From: a phage
DNA length: 64,000 nt
Sequence record: OZ346222.1
Reading direction: 5' to 3' (one strand)
Part shown: piece by piece, positions 8,746 to 17,452 of the stretch
Layout of the letters: every line of letters begins with the position of its first letter
Position numbering within the stretch: position 1 is the stretch's first letter
Position numbers and translations under genes: made by a program
The notes under the pieces: generated by a model
The model's input: the letters and a program-made list of their open reading frames with translations, nothing else
Told to the model about the DNA's origin: nothing
Databases searched by the model: none

Positions 8746-8785
8746 TTTTAGATGGCCTTGACTCCAGGGCCATCAATAAAGTAAA
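8746..8785 (+). repeat. conserved intergenic element, copy 2
   Basis: Identical 40-mer to copy 1. Confidence 0.8.
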
Positions 8786-8828
8786 CTTTATACTGTTAAC
8801 ACTGAACTAATGCATAGGAGTTAAAACC

Positions 8829-9074
8829 ATGGCAGCACTAATCACCAAATATTATGCCCCTACCAACACCAAAAGCGCCCGTATCATGGTAAAAGGCTTC
8901 GGACGTAAAAAGGTGTACACCTGGGATTATGCCTTAGACACGGAAGACAACTACACCAACGCGATGACCGATTTTATTAATGATCTGAACACGCGGATCT
9001 TGACAAATTATAAAATTACCGATATTGCCTATATAGGGGAAGGCGGGATCTGTTTTGTCGGTATCGTCAAATAA
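8829..9074 (+). CDS. hypothetical protein (81 aa)
   Basis: Track ORF; TAGGAG RBS. Confidence 0.6.
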   Translation: MAALITKYYAPTNTKSARIMVKGFGRKKVYTWDYALDTEDNYTNAMTDFINDLNTRILTNYKITDIAYIGEGGICFVGIVK

Positions 9075-9080
9075 GCTGTT

Positions 9081-9120
9081 TTTTCGGTGGTCCTGGTAGC
9101 AGGGCCATCTATAAAGATAG
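9081..9120 (+). repeat. conserved intergenic element, diverged copy
   Basis: TTTTCGGTGGTCCTGGTAGCAGGGCCATCTATAAAGATAG, same position class after a stop codon. Confidence 0.5.
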
Positions 9121-9149
9121 TTTATCAATACAATGAAAGGAGAAAGTAC

Positions 9150-9503
9150 ATGATCAGCGGGGCAAGTTTTATTATTGGCGCTATTGCTACGGCTTTAATT
9201 GTAAACAAGATCCAATCTAAAAACGAAAAAGATAGCAACGCCCTTACAGAATACCCGTTTTGGGTATTCAACGACAATGAAGACTATATTATCAAGTACA
9301 AGAATGAGAAGGGCGACCAGGTAACACCGCGACCGATCCCGGCTTACAAGATGCAAGAAACACTATACCGCCTAAAGGCTGGAGGCGCAAAAATCGTAGA
9401 CTTTTGGGGATACGATCACACAGATCAGGAAGTTATAAAGCGCCGTATCCGGGCTATTCAGGCCAATATTGAAGTTAGCAAGGGGGGAATATATGAAGAT
9501 TAA
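9150..9503 (+). CDS. membrane protein (117 aa)
   Basis: Track ORF 9087..9503 trimmed to ATG after AAAGGAGAAAG RBS; N-terminal TM helix. Confidence 0.55.
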   Translation: MISGASFIIGAIATALIVNKIQSKNEKDSNALTEYPFWVFNDNEDYIIKYKNEKGDQVTPRPIPAYKMQETLYRLKAGGAKIVDFWGYDHTDQEVIKRRIRAIQANIEVSKGGIYED

Positions 9504-9690
9504 TTTTGAGAAGATTGTAAAGCGATCTCATGCTTCCGAAGAGCTGCCGGAACGCCGCCAGCGCAACAATAAACTGAATAAGCCAAAAAGATTTGGGAAG
9601 ATCTGGCGGAATCATTATGATCGCAAATTACCGGGCCTGCTTTTGGAACGTGAACGACAGGCGGAACGATACCGCCACAAAGGCAAATAA
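9493..9690 (+). CDS. hypothetical basic protein (65 aa)
   Basis: Track ORF 9469..9690 trimmed to ATG after AAGGGGGGA RBS. Confidence 0.45.
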   Translation: MKINFEKIVKRSHASEELPERRQRNNKLNKPKRFGKIWRNHYDRKLPGLLLERERQAERYRHKGK

Positions 9691-9698
9691 CAACCAAC

Positions 9699-9726
9699 GC
9701 CCCGCCATTGTGCGGGGCTTTTTATT
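9699..9726 (+). terminator. intrinsic terminator
   Basis: GCCCCGC cattgt GCGGGGC followed by TTTTTATTT. Confidence 0.7.
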
Positions 9727-9871
9727 TCTATCCTACGAATAGCGCCCCTGGTTGGCCCTGTAAGCGCCAAAAAGGCCCCACCTATGCAATCGCCCACCTT
9801 TAACCTGAAAACATCGCTTAGGGCCGTTTTATGGCGTTAAAAATATCATTGACAGTGATTTTATTTAAAGC

Positions 9872-9899
9872 TTGACATCTTAAACAGGTTAGCTATACT
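9872..9899 (+). promoter_or_regulatory. sigma70-like promoter
   Basis: TTGACA, 16-nt spacer, TATACT. Confidence 0.55.
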
Positions 9900-9933
9900 A
9901 ACCACATCAAAGAGAGAGAAAGGAGTAAACGCC

Positions 9934-10194
9934 ATGCGTAAATTAAAAAATTTTGATAAAGTTGATGTTGTCCTGAATAATTTTTACTACTGCAACAACA
10001 AGGCCATTTGGTGGCGTGATAGTTCCACCGATAAAGTCAAGGCGCGCTTTCTCCAGGGGCACTGGCAAGGCCGCCCAGTGATTAAAATCATGGGGCAATT
10101 GGTAGCGTTTAAAAATTGCCGCCGTGTTGATGACGTTGAAGAGATCTTGAATATTTTACGCCACAATAATTTAAAAAATAGTGTTGACAAGTAA
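9934..10194 (+). CDS. hypothetical protein (86 aa)
   Basis: Track ORF; GAAAGGAG RBS. Confidence 0.6.
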   Translation: MRKLKNFDKVDVVLNNFYYCNNKAIWWRDSSTDKVKARFLQGHWQGRPVIKIMGQLVAFKNCRRVDDVEEILNILRHNNLKNSVDK

Positions 10195-10211
10195 ATCTCA
10201 ATAAGTATACT
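10184..10211 (+). promoter_or_regulatory. sigma70-like promoter with 5' UTR hairpin
   Basis: TTGACA, 16-nt spacer, TATACT; hairpin GGCGGGAAGTTTTCCCGCC follows. Confidence 0.5.
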
Positions 10212-10268
10212 TAAGCACACAGGCGGGAAGTTTTCCCGCCACTAACAAAGAAAATAGGAGAAAATATC

Positions 10269-10892
10269 ATGACCACCGTTAACATTACCACAGGTTGCAA
10301 TTTATCTTTCGACGTGCTGACCGACGAACAAAAAGAAAAAGCTGTTGAAATGGTCCGCGAAAGAGAAGAACACAGCGGGGATAACTTTTTTGCAGAAAGT
10401 GTAATTGAATACTATAAAGAATATGTTTTTCCAGAGTACGGGCTTGAAGATACCAAGGTACAGTGGTCCGGCTTTTGGTGTCAAGGCGACGGCGCATCAA
10501 TTAGCGCTGAAAATGTAAACTTAGAAAAATTCTTGCGTAAGGTTAAAGCGCTTACAAAATTTCGCTCAATTAGACACTTGTTCGGCACAATGCACGATGG
10601 CGAACTATCAGCCAGCGTTGAACGTATCCCGTTTAGCCATTATCATCACGAAAACACAATAGGCGGGTGCATCGATACCAACTGGCTAGACCTGACCACC
10701 AAGCAAGAGGATAAAATTGAAGAGCTGGAAGAGCTGATCACCGAGACGGTACGGGAGCTATCCCGCAAGGTTTACGTAGACCTGGAGCAGGCCTATCTTG
10801 AACAATTCACTACCGAAAACCTGATCGGCCTTATCGAGGCCAATGATTGGCGGTTTGATGTGGATGAGTATGGCGAGATGACTTTTTCATAA
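10269..10892 (+). CDS. hypothetical protein (207 aa)
   Basis: Track ORF; TAGGAGAA RBS. Confidence 0.65.
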   Translation: MTTVNITTGCNLSFDVLTDEQKEKAVEMVREREEHSGDNFFAESVIEYYKEYVFPEYGLEDTKVQWSGFWCQGDGASISAENVNLEKFLRKVKALTKFRSIRHLFGTMHDGELSASVERIPFSHYHHENTIGGCIDTNWLDLTTKQEDKIEELEELITETVRELSRKVYVDLEQAYLEQFTTENLIGLIEANDWRFDVDEYGEMTFS

Positions 10893-10900
10893 ATAAAGTG

Positions 10901-10929
10901 TTGCAATAACCTAAAAACCTGCTATATTA
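10901..10929 (+). promoter_or_regulatory. sigma70-like promoter with 5' UTR hairpin
   Basis: TTGCAA, 17-nt spacer, TATATT; hairpin GGGGCAAGACGTTTGCCCC follows. Confidence 0.45.
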
Positions 10930-10981
10930 AAACTCAAGGGGCAAGACGTTTGCCCCCACACAAAACAAAGAGGAAAACATC

Positions 10982-11362
10982 ATGAAAAACACTACTAAAG
11001 CTATTGACACCGTTATGTTTAACCTGGTTACCTTTCGCGAGGATATGAAAGATCTTCCACGTGAAACAGTGTGCGATCACATTGAAAACTATCGCAAACT
11101 AATCAAAGAGTTGCCTTTAAAACGTGACCAGTATGCGGCTAACGCCATGCTTAATGCCATGATCAAAAAGATGATTCAGTGTGATTTAACTCTGGCCTAT
11201 GACTATGCGGGTGGTCGTTTTGCAGTATACAATCAGCCCGTGCCCGGTATGGGCACCACCGAAGAATTGCACGCGCTCAATCTAAAACAAGACGTATGGG
11301 ATAACATGCCCCGCGTGGTGGTGTGGGCAGAAAGCGGAAAGATTTACGGCGATAATTTTTAA
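10982..11362 (+). CDS. hypothetical protein (126 aa)
   Basis: Track ORF; AAGAGGAAA RBS. Confidence 0.6.
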   Translation: MKNTTKAIDTVMFNLVTFREDMKDLPRETVCDHIENYRKLIKELPLKRDQYAANAMLNAMIKKMIQCDLTLAYDYAGGRFAVYNQPVPGMGTTEELHALNLKQDVWDNMPRVVVWAESGKIYGDNF

Positions 11363-11373
11363 TCAGGTAACAG

Positions 11374-11397
11374 GCGGCATATTTGCCGCCTTATTGT
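11374..11397 (+). terminator. probable intrinsic terminator
   Basis: GGCGGCA tatt TGCCGCC followed by TTATTGTT. Confidence 0.45.
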
Positions 11398-11426
11398 TAA
11401 ACAGAGTTGCAAAAGAGGTACATAGA

Positions 11427-11798
11427 ATGGAATTTATTATTTTGGCTGTAGTAGTTGCCTTGTTCAACGCCTGGATCGCTGGCAAGATGGGTAGATCCGC
11501 CTTTTTATGGTTTATTATATCTATTTTCCTGGGGGTGGTTGCAACTATTGTACTTGTTATCCTTGCAATTGTTGACAAGGGGAATAATAGAAAGGGTAAA
11601 GTATTTTCAGACCTGTACGACGCTCAAACGTTTGTCAACGCCTATTATAGTGATCTTCCAGTCTCCCTACGCTGCAGCCTGGCACAACAAGTTTTCGATG
11701 AGGCTAAAACCAGAGATCAAGCCCATGAGATATGTTTAACTGAGGCGGATCGCCTATTTGAGAGGAATAGAAAATATGTGGGCCAACCGTTTAAATAA
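11427..11798 (+). CDS. membrane protein (123 aa, two predicted TM helices)
   Basis: Track ORF 11394..11798 trimmed to ATG after AAAGAGG RBS. Confidence 0.55.
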   Translation: MEFIILAVVVALFNAWIAGKMGRSAFLWFIISIFLGVVATIVLVILAIVDKGNNRKGKVFSDLYDAQTFVNAYYSDLPVSLRCSLAQQVFDEAKTRDQAHEICLTEADRLFERNRKYVGQPFK

Positions 11799-12021
11799 TG
11801 CCACGTTAATTAATCCCTTTAGTGAAGATTTGAAGCCAGCCGCCTGGCGTGATGGATTCAATAACGAACGCTTTATTTTCAAGCCTGATCTTGAGGAATT
11901 TTATAACAATGGATCGAACAACAGCGGAGATAATTTTTCTTGGGATGTGCGTGGTGATGGTACTCCTGGGGGCCATTGTAAACCACGTCACTACTACCAG
12001 GAGGAAAGAGGGAGACGATGA
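11776..12021 (+). CDS. hypothetical protein (81 aa)
   Basis: Track ORF 11758..12021 trimmed to ATG after GAGAGGA RBS. Confidence 0.45.
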   Translation: MWANRLNNATLINPFSEDLKPAAWRDGFNNERFIFKPDLEEFYNNGSNNSGDNFSWDVRGDGTPGGHCKPRHYYQEERGRR

Positions 12022-12137
12022 CAACCAAGGATAAGCCCCGTACCGATAAGGCGCGCCGGGTTATGGTATGGCTTGAGATCATCGCCCTTGAAATATTGCT
12101 AGGCGTAGGGATGTACTTTATCGCTGTAAGTAACTAA
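12018..12137 (+). CDS. hypothetical membrane micro-protein (39 aa)
   Basis: Below track cutoff; ATGA overlap with upstream stop; hydrophobic C-terminus. Confidence 0.3.
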   Translation: MTTKDKPRTDKARRVMVWLEIIALEILLGVGMYFIAVSN

Positions 12138-12141
12138 GAGC

Positions 12142-12170
12142 GGCCCCCGATCATGGGGGCCTATCTTTTA
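12142..12170 (+). terminator. intrinsic terminator
   Basis: GGCCCCC gatcat GGGGGCC followed by TATCTTTT. Confidence 0.7.
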
Positions 12171-12191
12171 AAAAATTTTTCTTCCGGGGTG

Positions 12192-12219
12192 TTGCAATCC
12201 GGTCCGGAATGTGGATAAT
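12192..12219 (+). promoter_or_regulatory. sigma70-like promoter with 5' UTR hairpin
   Basis: TTGCAA, 16-nt spacer, GATAAT; the -10 region contains TGTGGATAA (DnaA-box-like); hairpin GGGGAGCTAATCCCC follows. Confidence 0.5.
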
Positions 12220-12275
12220 AACAATCAACGGGGAGCTAATCCCCACCACCACAAAAACCAGAAAGGAGAAACAAA

Positions 12276-12476
12276 ATGAGCAACAATATCCGCGTTATTA
12301 ACTTCAAAAAAGAAGAAAAAATTGCCGTGCTGATTGACGGTCAAGAAATCTTCAAGGGCGACTATGAAGATCATCAAACGGCGATTAGTATCACTCGCGT
12401 GATTGGTTATCATAATTTCTACCCCCAAGGCGCTGAGGCAGCAGTTAAACGAATCAAAGAGATTGTAGGCCTGTAA
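12276..12476 (+). CDS. hypothetical protein (66 aa)
   Basis: Track ORF; AAAGGAGAA RBS. Confidence 0.55.
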   Translation: MSNNIRVINFKKEEKIAVLIDGQEIFKGDYEDHQTAISITRVIGYHNFYPQGAEAAVKRIKEIVGL

Positions 12477-12483
12477 AATTTAT

Positions 12484-12524
12484 TTTTAGATGGCCTTGAC
12501 TTCAGGGCCATCGATAAAGTAAAT
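12484..12524 (+). repeat. conserved intergenic element, copy 3
   Basis: TTTTTAGATGGCCTTGACTTCAGGGCCATCGATAAAGTAAA, two mismatches to copies 1 and 2. Confidence 0.8.
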
Positions 12525-12560
12525 TTAAACCCTGTTAAAATACCACGCAGTTAACAAGGA

Positions 12561-12869
12561 GTGATAGACATGTTTATCCAGGCTAATAATCTTTATTTCT
12601 TTGATGGTCAGATCGTAGATGGTGTGGAAGTGGAGATCACCGGGTGCCCTGGCGGTCAGGCTATGACTTTTCGGAATAATGCCTTTGATGATTCTCATAT
12701 CGTTATGAGAATGGAAGTTACGAAGCTGGACGACAAGAAAACACTTATTGACTATTCTGTGAAAGATCATCCAGACTACCGCATGATCCATGGTGATTTG
12801 TGCATTGTTGACCGTGACAAGGTGGGCGGCATTGTGATCGCTATTGTGAACGATGTTTTCTCAAACTAA
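12561..12869 (+). CDS. hypothetical protein (102 aa)
   Basis: Track ORF; AAGGAG RBS. Confidence 0.6.
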   Translation: MIDMFIQANNLYFFDGQIVDGVEVEITGCPGGQAMTFRNNAFDDSHIVMRMEVTKLDDKKTLIDYSVKDHPDYRMIHGDLCIVDRDKVGGIVIAIVNDVFSN

Positions 12870-12886
12870 TTTCAGCAGGCGATTTT

Positions 12887-13237
12887 ATGAAAGTCAAACT
12901 ATATTACCTTAATGAGCTTAACCCCCTTGCCCAGGTCCGCGCCCTAGCTAATACCTTGATTTGTGAGAAATCTGTATATTGTGTTGAGCTTAACGCCATG
13001 CGTGAACGTCTCAAAGGTGGTTACTTTGACATCCATGCTGCAATCAACGGCCTGAATATGGAATTTATACGCTTACGTAACAGCCGCCGGAATCTGGCAA
13101 GAATGGAACAAGATCCGGCCCACCTTCGTAAGCTGGTTATTGAAAATCATCTGATGTTTAATGCCGAGGGTGATTATTACCATTTTCACCGCAAACGCTG
13201 GTACCGTGGCGGCAATACAGGCAAGAATGCAAAATAA
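12887..13237 (+). CDS. hypothetical protein (116 aa)
   Basis: Track ORF. Confidence 0.55.
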   Translation: MKVKLYYLNELNPLAQVRALANTLICEKSVYCVELNAMRERLKGGYFDIHAAINGLNMEFIRLRNSRRNLARMEQDPAHLRKLVIENHLMFNAEGDYYHFHRKRWYRGGNTGKNAK

Positions 13238-13272
13238 GGCCCCTAGCAGGGCCTGCAGCAATATAATCACAT

Positions 13273-13306
13273 AAAGGCCATGCGGTTGCATGGCCTTTAT
13301 TATTTT
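13273..13306 (+). terminator. intrinsic terminator
   Basis: AAAGGCCATGC ggtt GCATGGCCTTT followed by ATTATTTT. Confidence 0.7.
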
Positions 13307-13354
13307 GGCGTTACAACGGCATACGGGGCGCTTAAAAAATTTTTAAAGAAGTAC

Positions 13355-13382
13355 TTGCATCATTCCCGACAATATGGATAAT
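13355..13382 (+). promoter_or_regulatory. sigma70-like promoter with 5' UTR hairpin
   Basis: TTGCAT, 16-nt spacer, GATAAT; hairpin GGGGGAGGCCCCC follows. Confidence 0.5.
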
Positions 13383-13439
13383 AAGAGTTGTCGAGGGGGA
13401 GGCCCCCAATCGTTGACCAGATAGATAGGAGTTAAAATC

Positions 13440-13724
13440 ATGGCTATTGTTACCGCTGGCGATGTAGTAGAAATGGAAGCAAAATACTTAAAAGCGGGTA
13501 TGCACATCCTACGGAATGATCAAGAGCTATTATTAACGATGGTTGACTATAATCACGGCCAGGATTATCCAAGCATCGACTACTTTTTTGAGTATGTTGA
13601 TGAAGAGTTGAAAGAGGATGAGGCCTATTGCGGTGAGTTCTGCAACTTCTTTTGTCCTGATGAGGTTGTAAAGGTTATTTATCAACCTGGCGTAGCTTTC
13701 CCGCTGCACGCTATCAATAAATAA
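13440..13724 (+). CDS. hypothetical protein (94 aa)
   Basis: Track ORF; TAGGAG RBS. Confidence 0.6.
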   Translation: MAIVTAGDVVEMEAKYLKAGMHILRNDQELLLTMVDYNHGQDYPSIDYFFEYVDEELKEDEAYCGEFCNFFCPDEVVKVIYQPGVAFPLHAINK

Positions 13725-13779
13725 ACCTGGCGGGGCCGAAAAGGCCCCCAATTATGAAAATAAAGAGAGGCAAATCATC

Positions 13780-14013
13780 ATGATGGAACAAATTAAACGC
13801 GCCGAGGCTATTAATGGCAACGTGATCTATTTTGTCAGCAAAAACGAAAAAGGCGTACCATATGCGGCAGTAATAGTACAACCTGACGGCGATTATTGGT
13901 TTACTGTGTACGGCGCTTATTCTTTTGGGCGTCCAGTGCATGATAAAATTTTGAAAGTAGCGAACCCTACCGGGAAGAATATCACAGCAGAAAAATTTTT
14001 TGAAAATAGTTGA
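13780..14013 (+). CDS. hypothetical protein (77 aa)
   Basis: Track ORF; AAGAGAGG RBS; preceded by hairpin GGGGCCGAAAAGGCCCC. Confidence 0.55.
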   Translation: MMEQIKRAEAINGNVIYFVSKNEKGVPYAAVIVQPDGDYWFTVYGAYSFGRPVHDKILKVANPTGKNITAEKFFENS

Positions 14014-14038
14014 CATGACCATATAAGACTGTAATATA
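14010..14038 (+). promoter_or_regulatory. sigma70-like promoter with 5' UTR hairpin
   Basis: TTGACA, 17-nt spacer, TAATAT; hairpin GGGGGCAACGAACCCC follows. Confidence 0.5.
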
Positions 14039-14088
14039 TAAATCAAAGGGGGCAACGAACCCCACCAACTACAAAGAGGATAAAAATC

Positions 14089-14268
14089 ATGGCTATTATT
14101 GCAAAGACTGAGATCATAGGCTTAGATTCTATTCTCCTCGCATATGAGGAAGCTATAGAAATGTATGTGGTTTCCTATGGTGAGTATATCCGTGAATATA
14201 AATCTATTGATCTGGCTTTTGAATGTTATATCCGCCAGGTTAATAAAGCGTACGATGATTATCGTTAA
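14089..14268 (+). CDS. hypothetical protein (59 aa)
   Basis: Below track cutoff; AAAGAGGATAAAAATC then ATG; open to TAA. Confidence 0.45.
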   Translation: MAIIAKTEIIGLDSILLAYEEAIEMYVVSYGEYIREYKSIDLAFECYIRQVNKAYDDYR

Positions 14269-14274
14269 AATAGT

Positions 14275-14303
14275 TTGACAACAGCCATCTTACAAAGCAT
14301 AAT
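14275..14303 (+). promoter_or_regulatory. sigma70-like promoter with 5' UTR hairpin
   Basis: TTGACA, 17-nt spacer, CATAAT; hairpin GGCGGTGGAATGGTCCGCCACC follows. Confidence 0.5.
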
Positions 14304-14355
14304 ACATAAGGCGGTGGAATGGTCCGCCACCTGGAACAAAGAAGAGGTAAACACC

Positions 14356-14601
14356 ATGAAAAGCAATAAAGGTTATAACGGTTACAAAAACAAAACTCAT
14401 TGGAATGTAAGCCTTTGGATTAATAACGATGAGTCATTGTACCGGTTGGCCCAAGGCTTTATTAACGCCAATGCTAATCGTAATGATGCGGCGCGGGATA
14501 TGATGCTTTTTCTGGAGCTAACCGGACAAGATAAGACCCTGGACGGCTTCAAGTACAGCACTACGGCGATCCGTGCCGCGATGGTTGGAATGAAACACTA
14601 A
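14356..14601 (+). CDS. hypothetical protein (81 aa)
   Basis: Track ORF 14275..14601 trimmed to ATG after AAGAAGAGG RBS. Confidence 0.55.
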   Translation: MKSNKGYNGYKNKTHWNVSLWINNDESLYRLAQGFINANANRNDAARDMMLFLELTGQDKTLDGFKYSTTAIRAAMVGMKH

Positions 14602-14792
14602 AAGCACATAGCTGCCTTACCCTGGGGCTGTGGTAGCGGCCCCATGAATAAGGTTACTAACAGAAGAGAATAAACACCATGAAACAGAAATTAATCGATG
14701 CAGTGATCTTGGTTATTGCCCTGGGTATTGGCCTGATTGCAACCATGTCTAATATGATCTTGTCTTCCAACGGTATCGGGTGAGGTTGGCAA

Positions 14793-15008
14793 ATGATCAC
14801 TAACAAAACAGGCAAAACGGAATTTTTACGCAACTTACAGATCGGCAAGCCTGAGATCTGGTACTGCACTAAAACACCGCGTGACGAAATGAAAGACTTC
14901 ACCGCCACGCTGCAACGGGTAAAGATATCTATCACGCAGAAAAAGGCCTTACTAGTGGTGGAAGGGGAGATCCCCCAAACCGTTGTTATAGTTGATCGTA
15001 CAGCATAG
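14793..15008 (+). CDS. hypothetical protein (71 aa)
   Basis: Track ORF. Confidence 0.5.
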   Translation: MITNKTGKTEFLRNLQIGKPEIWYCTKTPRDEMKDFTATLQRVKISITQKKALLVVEGEIPQTVVIVDRTA

Positions 15009-15099
15009 TTTAATTTATACAGATACCTGAAAATTAACCAACAAAGCATAAACAGGCGGTTACCGCCGCCTTAAACGTAGCAGAAAGAGGATAGGCACA

Positions 15100-15384
15100 A
15101 TGAAAAAGATGATCGCAGTGGTTACCCTGGTTGTTGGACTTAATGCGCCTGTAATGGCTAAAGAGCTGGCAAAAGAGGTTAATCTAACGGATATTCATGC
15201 CGTCAATCAAATCGGGGTTACTTATCGCTTATGCCTTGCCGCTAAAACTTTTAAGGACGGCACAACAGAGTACTACGGATTCGAGGGTATCCGGTGCGGT
15301 GAGCTTGCTCGCGACCTTAAGGAAGATCCAGACCTGGAGGATCTGCCCATAACCGTGAACGGGAAAACTTACGTGAACCGTTAA
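15100..15384 (+). CDS. secreted protein with N-terminal signal peptide (94 aa)
   Basis: Track ORF; AAAGAGGATAGG RBS; MKKMIAVVTLVVGLNAPVMA signal-like N-terminus. Confidence 0.6.
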   Translation: MKKMIAVVTLVVGLNAPVMAKELAKEVNLTDIHAVNQIGVTYRLCLAAKTFKDGTTEYYGFEGIRCGELARDLKEDPDLEDLPITVNGKTYVNR

Positions 15385-15529
15385 CCATGAGAAAGATAAT
15401 TATTACCATGGGGATCGTGGCGGCAATGTTGGCGATCTTTCCCTTTATGGTTAGGTATGTGCTGATTAATGTTGTCCTGGTAGTCAGCGATCTGGTGTTA
15501 TATATTAACTCATTGTTTTAGGCGCGATA

Positions 15530-15721
15530 ATGACAGCGGAAGAAGTTAAAAAAGTACTGGCGGTACTGCGTTATCATAATCATTGCAAGGTGAAGAATGA
15601 TCCTGATTATCTTGATTCATCCCTTGAAGAGGATACACTACAAGCCATAAGCAACATGCAAGAATTGCTTAAGCGTATGACAGAGAAAAACCGACCGGAC
15701 TACATAGGGGGTAAAATATGA
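15530..15721 (+). CDS. hypothetical protein (63 aa)
   Basis: Track ORF. Confidence 0.5.
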   Translation: MTAEEVKKVLAVLRYHNHCKVKNDPDYLDSSLEEDTLQAISNMQELLKRMTEKNRPDYIGGKI

Positions 15722-16029
15722 TCGCTATTACGCCAACCGTTTTAGATTGGTATCGGCAACGCATAGCGCCTCCGCTGGCTATCTTCAAAGATGCGGAAGC
15801 AAAACAACGCCGGATCTCAATACATGAGATCATCAACCTTAACGCTGGAGGCACACCATACCGCCCAGGACCTGGCCGTGAGATGGACAATACATTGGCG
15901 ATCCTGAAGATACGCCGTAAACGGTCCTCCCTTACGCTGGATTCATTACACACAATGCAGTCTCCGTTCCAGGTGACTGGGAAACGGATCGCCAGGTCCT
16001 GGACAAAGGCCAATGACCGGACCGTATAA
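15718..16029 (+). CDS. hypothetical protein (103 aa)
   Basis: Track ORF; ATGA coupling to upstream gene. Confidence 0.5.
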   Translation: MIAITPTVLDWYRQRIAPPLAIFKDAEAKQRRISIHEIINLNAGGTPYRPGPGREMDNTLAILKIRRKRSSLTLDSLHTMQSPFQVTGKRIARSWTKANDRTV

Positions 16030-16165
16030 ATAAAAAGTGTTTTGGTACTGATTTTGGGGTTGACTTGTTCGGCCCCTTTTGCTATTCTTATTAAACGGGC
16101 GGCACTTGGGAACAGGGGGAGACAATCACCAGGCCTGCCTGTCATATAAGAACTATAAAAACCGT

Positions 16166-16195
16166 TGACATCTGCCAGGGGGTGGGGTAACATTT
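16166..16195 (+). promoter_or_regulatory. sigma70-like promoter with 5' UTR hairpin
   Basis: TTGACA, 17-nt spacer, TAACAT; hairpin GGGGCAAAGGTGCCCC follows. Confidence 0.5.
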
Positions 16196-16247
16196 ATCTT
16201 GAAGGGGCAAAGGTGCCCACACAACAACCAGAAGAGAGGAAAACACT

Positions 16248-16520
16248 ATGTCAAGCTGGATTAATCAAGAAGTCGAATCACGTTTTAATGCTATTTGGGA
16301 TCTCATCGAAAAAGAAGACGGCACATCAAGCCCCTACCTCAACAATTTGGAATTCCATTTTGTGGAAGCGATGAACGCAGAACATGATCACGAAGGTGGT
16401 GCGGACGAGTTCGCTAAAGGGTATGGCTTCAACAATGCCAACGAAATGATCGAGGCGGTTGTACTCCAGGCTGAGGAAGATTATCAATTAAAAACGCTTG
16501 AATTCTGCCGCCGCAAGTAA
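16248..16520 (+). CDS. hypothetical acidic protein (90 aa)
   Basis: Track ORF; AGAGAGGAAAA RBS. Confidence 0.55.
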   Translation: MSSWINQEVESRFNAIWDLIEKEDGTSSPYLNNLEFHFVEAMNAEHDHEGGADEFAKGYGFNNANEMIEAVVLQAEEDYQLKTLEFCRRK

Positions 16521-16580
16521 TAAGATAATGACACGGGCCGGGAGGCCCACTAATCAGAACCACACAAAGAGGTAAACATC

Positions 16581-16844
16581 ATGAAACGTCTTGATCAGCT
16601 TAAACTAGTTCAGTACATGGCCTACAAAGTTCTTGAAGTCCAAAAAGGTAGCAAAAAAGAGGTTTGCGAGAAAGCGTACAAGATCTTTACCCGTAAAAAA
16701 GATGATTGGATGTTACGCCAGACCAAAAAAGCCGATATCTTGGGGTACCTGGAAGAAGAGATCCGACTTGAAGAGCAAGAAGAGATCCGCCGCAGTGAGG
16801 CAGATTATCAGGCAGCCTGGGAAAACTGGATGAGCAACAAATAA
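16581..16844 (+). CDS. hypothetical protein (87 aa)
   Basis: Track ORF; AAAGAGG RBS; 5' UTR hairpin GGGCCGGGAGGCCC. Confidence 0.55.
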   Translation: MKRLDQLKLVQYMAYKVLEVQKGSKKEVCEKAYKIFTRKKDDWMLRQTKKADILGYLEEEIRLEEQEEIRRSEADYQAAWENWMSNK

Positions 16845-16910
16845 TACAACAAGTTGCACGATCAGGGGGCAATAAAGCCCCTTGATCACATAAAAATTAT
16901 GCTATCCTTG

Positions 16911-16940
16911 GTTGACAAGGATCGGCAGTTTTGCTATATT
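16911..16940 (+). promoter_or_regulatory. sigma70-like promoter
   Basis: TTGACA, 17-nt spacer, TATATT. Confidence 0.55.
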
Positions 16941-16988
16941 CTTTTTGAAGGGAAGTTGTAAGAAAATTAACTAAGAGGTAAAAACACC

Positions 16989-17408
16989 ATGAACATTAAA
17001 TCTAATAATCCGGCATATAGCTTTGATAACGCTTTTTGTCACGGTCCGGCGGCGAAAGGATTCGAAATCGATGGTAAACTAATTATTGTCAATGTTGACG
17101 GGGAAGAGGTTGCAGTATATCCGGTGGCAGACGTAAAAAGCCGTTTACAATGCCGCATGGATGTTACCGCCTATCAGCTTGATCCGGTCCGCATAGTTGC
17201 CCTGGTCCTGGAAGAAGAAATTAAAGCCATGCACCATAGCAACAGATTTATTGGTGACGCGCAGGATAATATGAAAGTATGCCGCCATAAAGTTAATGAA
17301 GTGCTTAAAGAGTACGGCTATAAAGATCTTATGATCAAACGTGAGGAAAAATTCCGCTACCGTAACGACCTGGCAAATCGGATTTTTGAAATATACGAAT
17401 CATTATAA
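16989..17408 (+). CDS. hypothetical protein (139 aa)
   Basis: Track ORF; TAAGAGG RBS. Confidence 0.6.
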   Translation: MNIKSNNPAYSFDNAFCHGPAAKGFEIDGKLIIVNVDGEEVAVYPVADVKSRLQCRMDVTAYQLDPVRIVALVLEEEIKAMHHSNRFIGDAQDNMKVCRHKVNEVLKEYGYKDLMIKREEKFRYRNDLANRIFEIYESL

Positions 17409-17426
17409 TTTTTTAACTGAATTATC

Positions 17427-17452
17427 AAGGGGCTTAGGCCCCTTTCTTTTTG
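17427..17452 (+). terminator. intrinsic terminator closing the rightward early array
   Basis: AAGGGGC tta GGCCCCTT followed by TCTTTTT. Confidence 0.7.

Noticed and set aside
15669-16193. 174-aa minus-strand ORF
   Set aside because: Antisense to coupled plus-strand genes and spans two promoters and a 5' UTR hairpin; contains the inverted GC-core repeat
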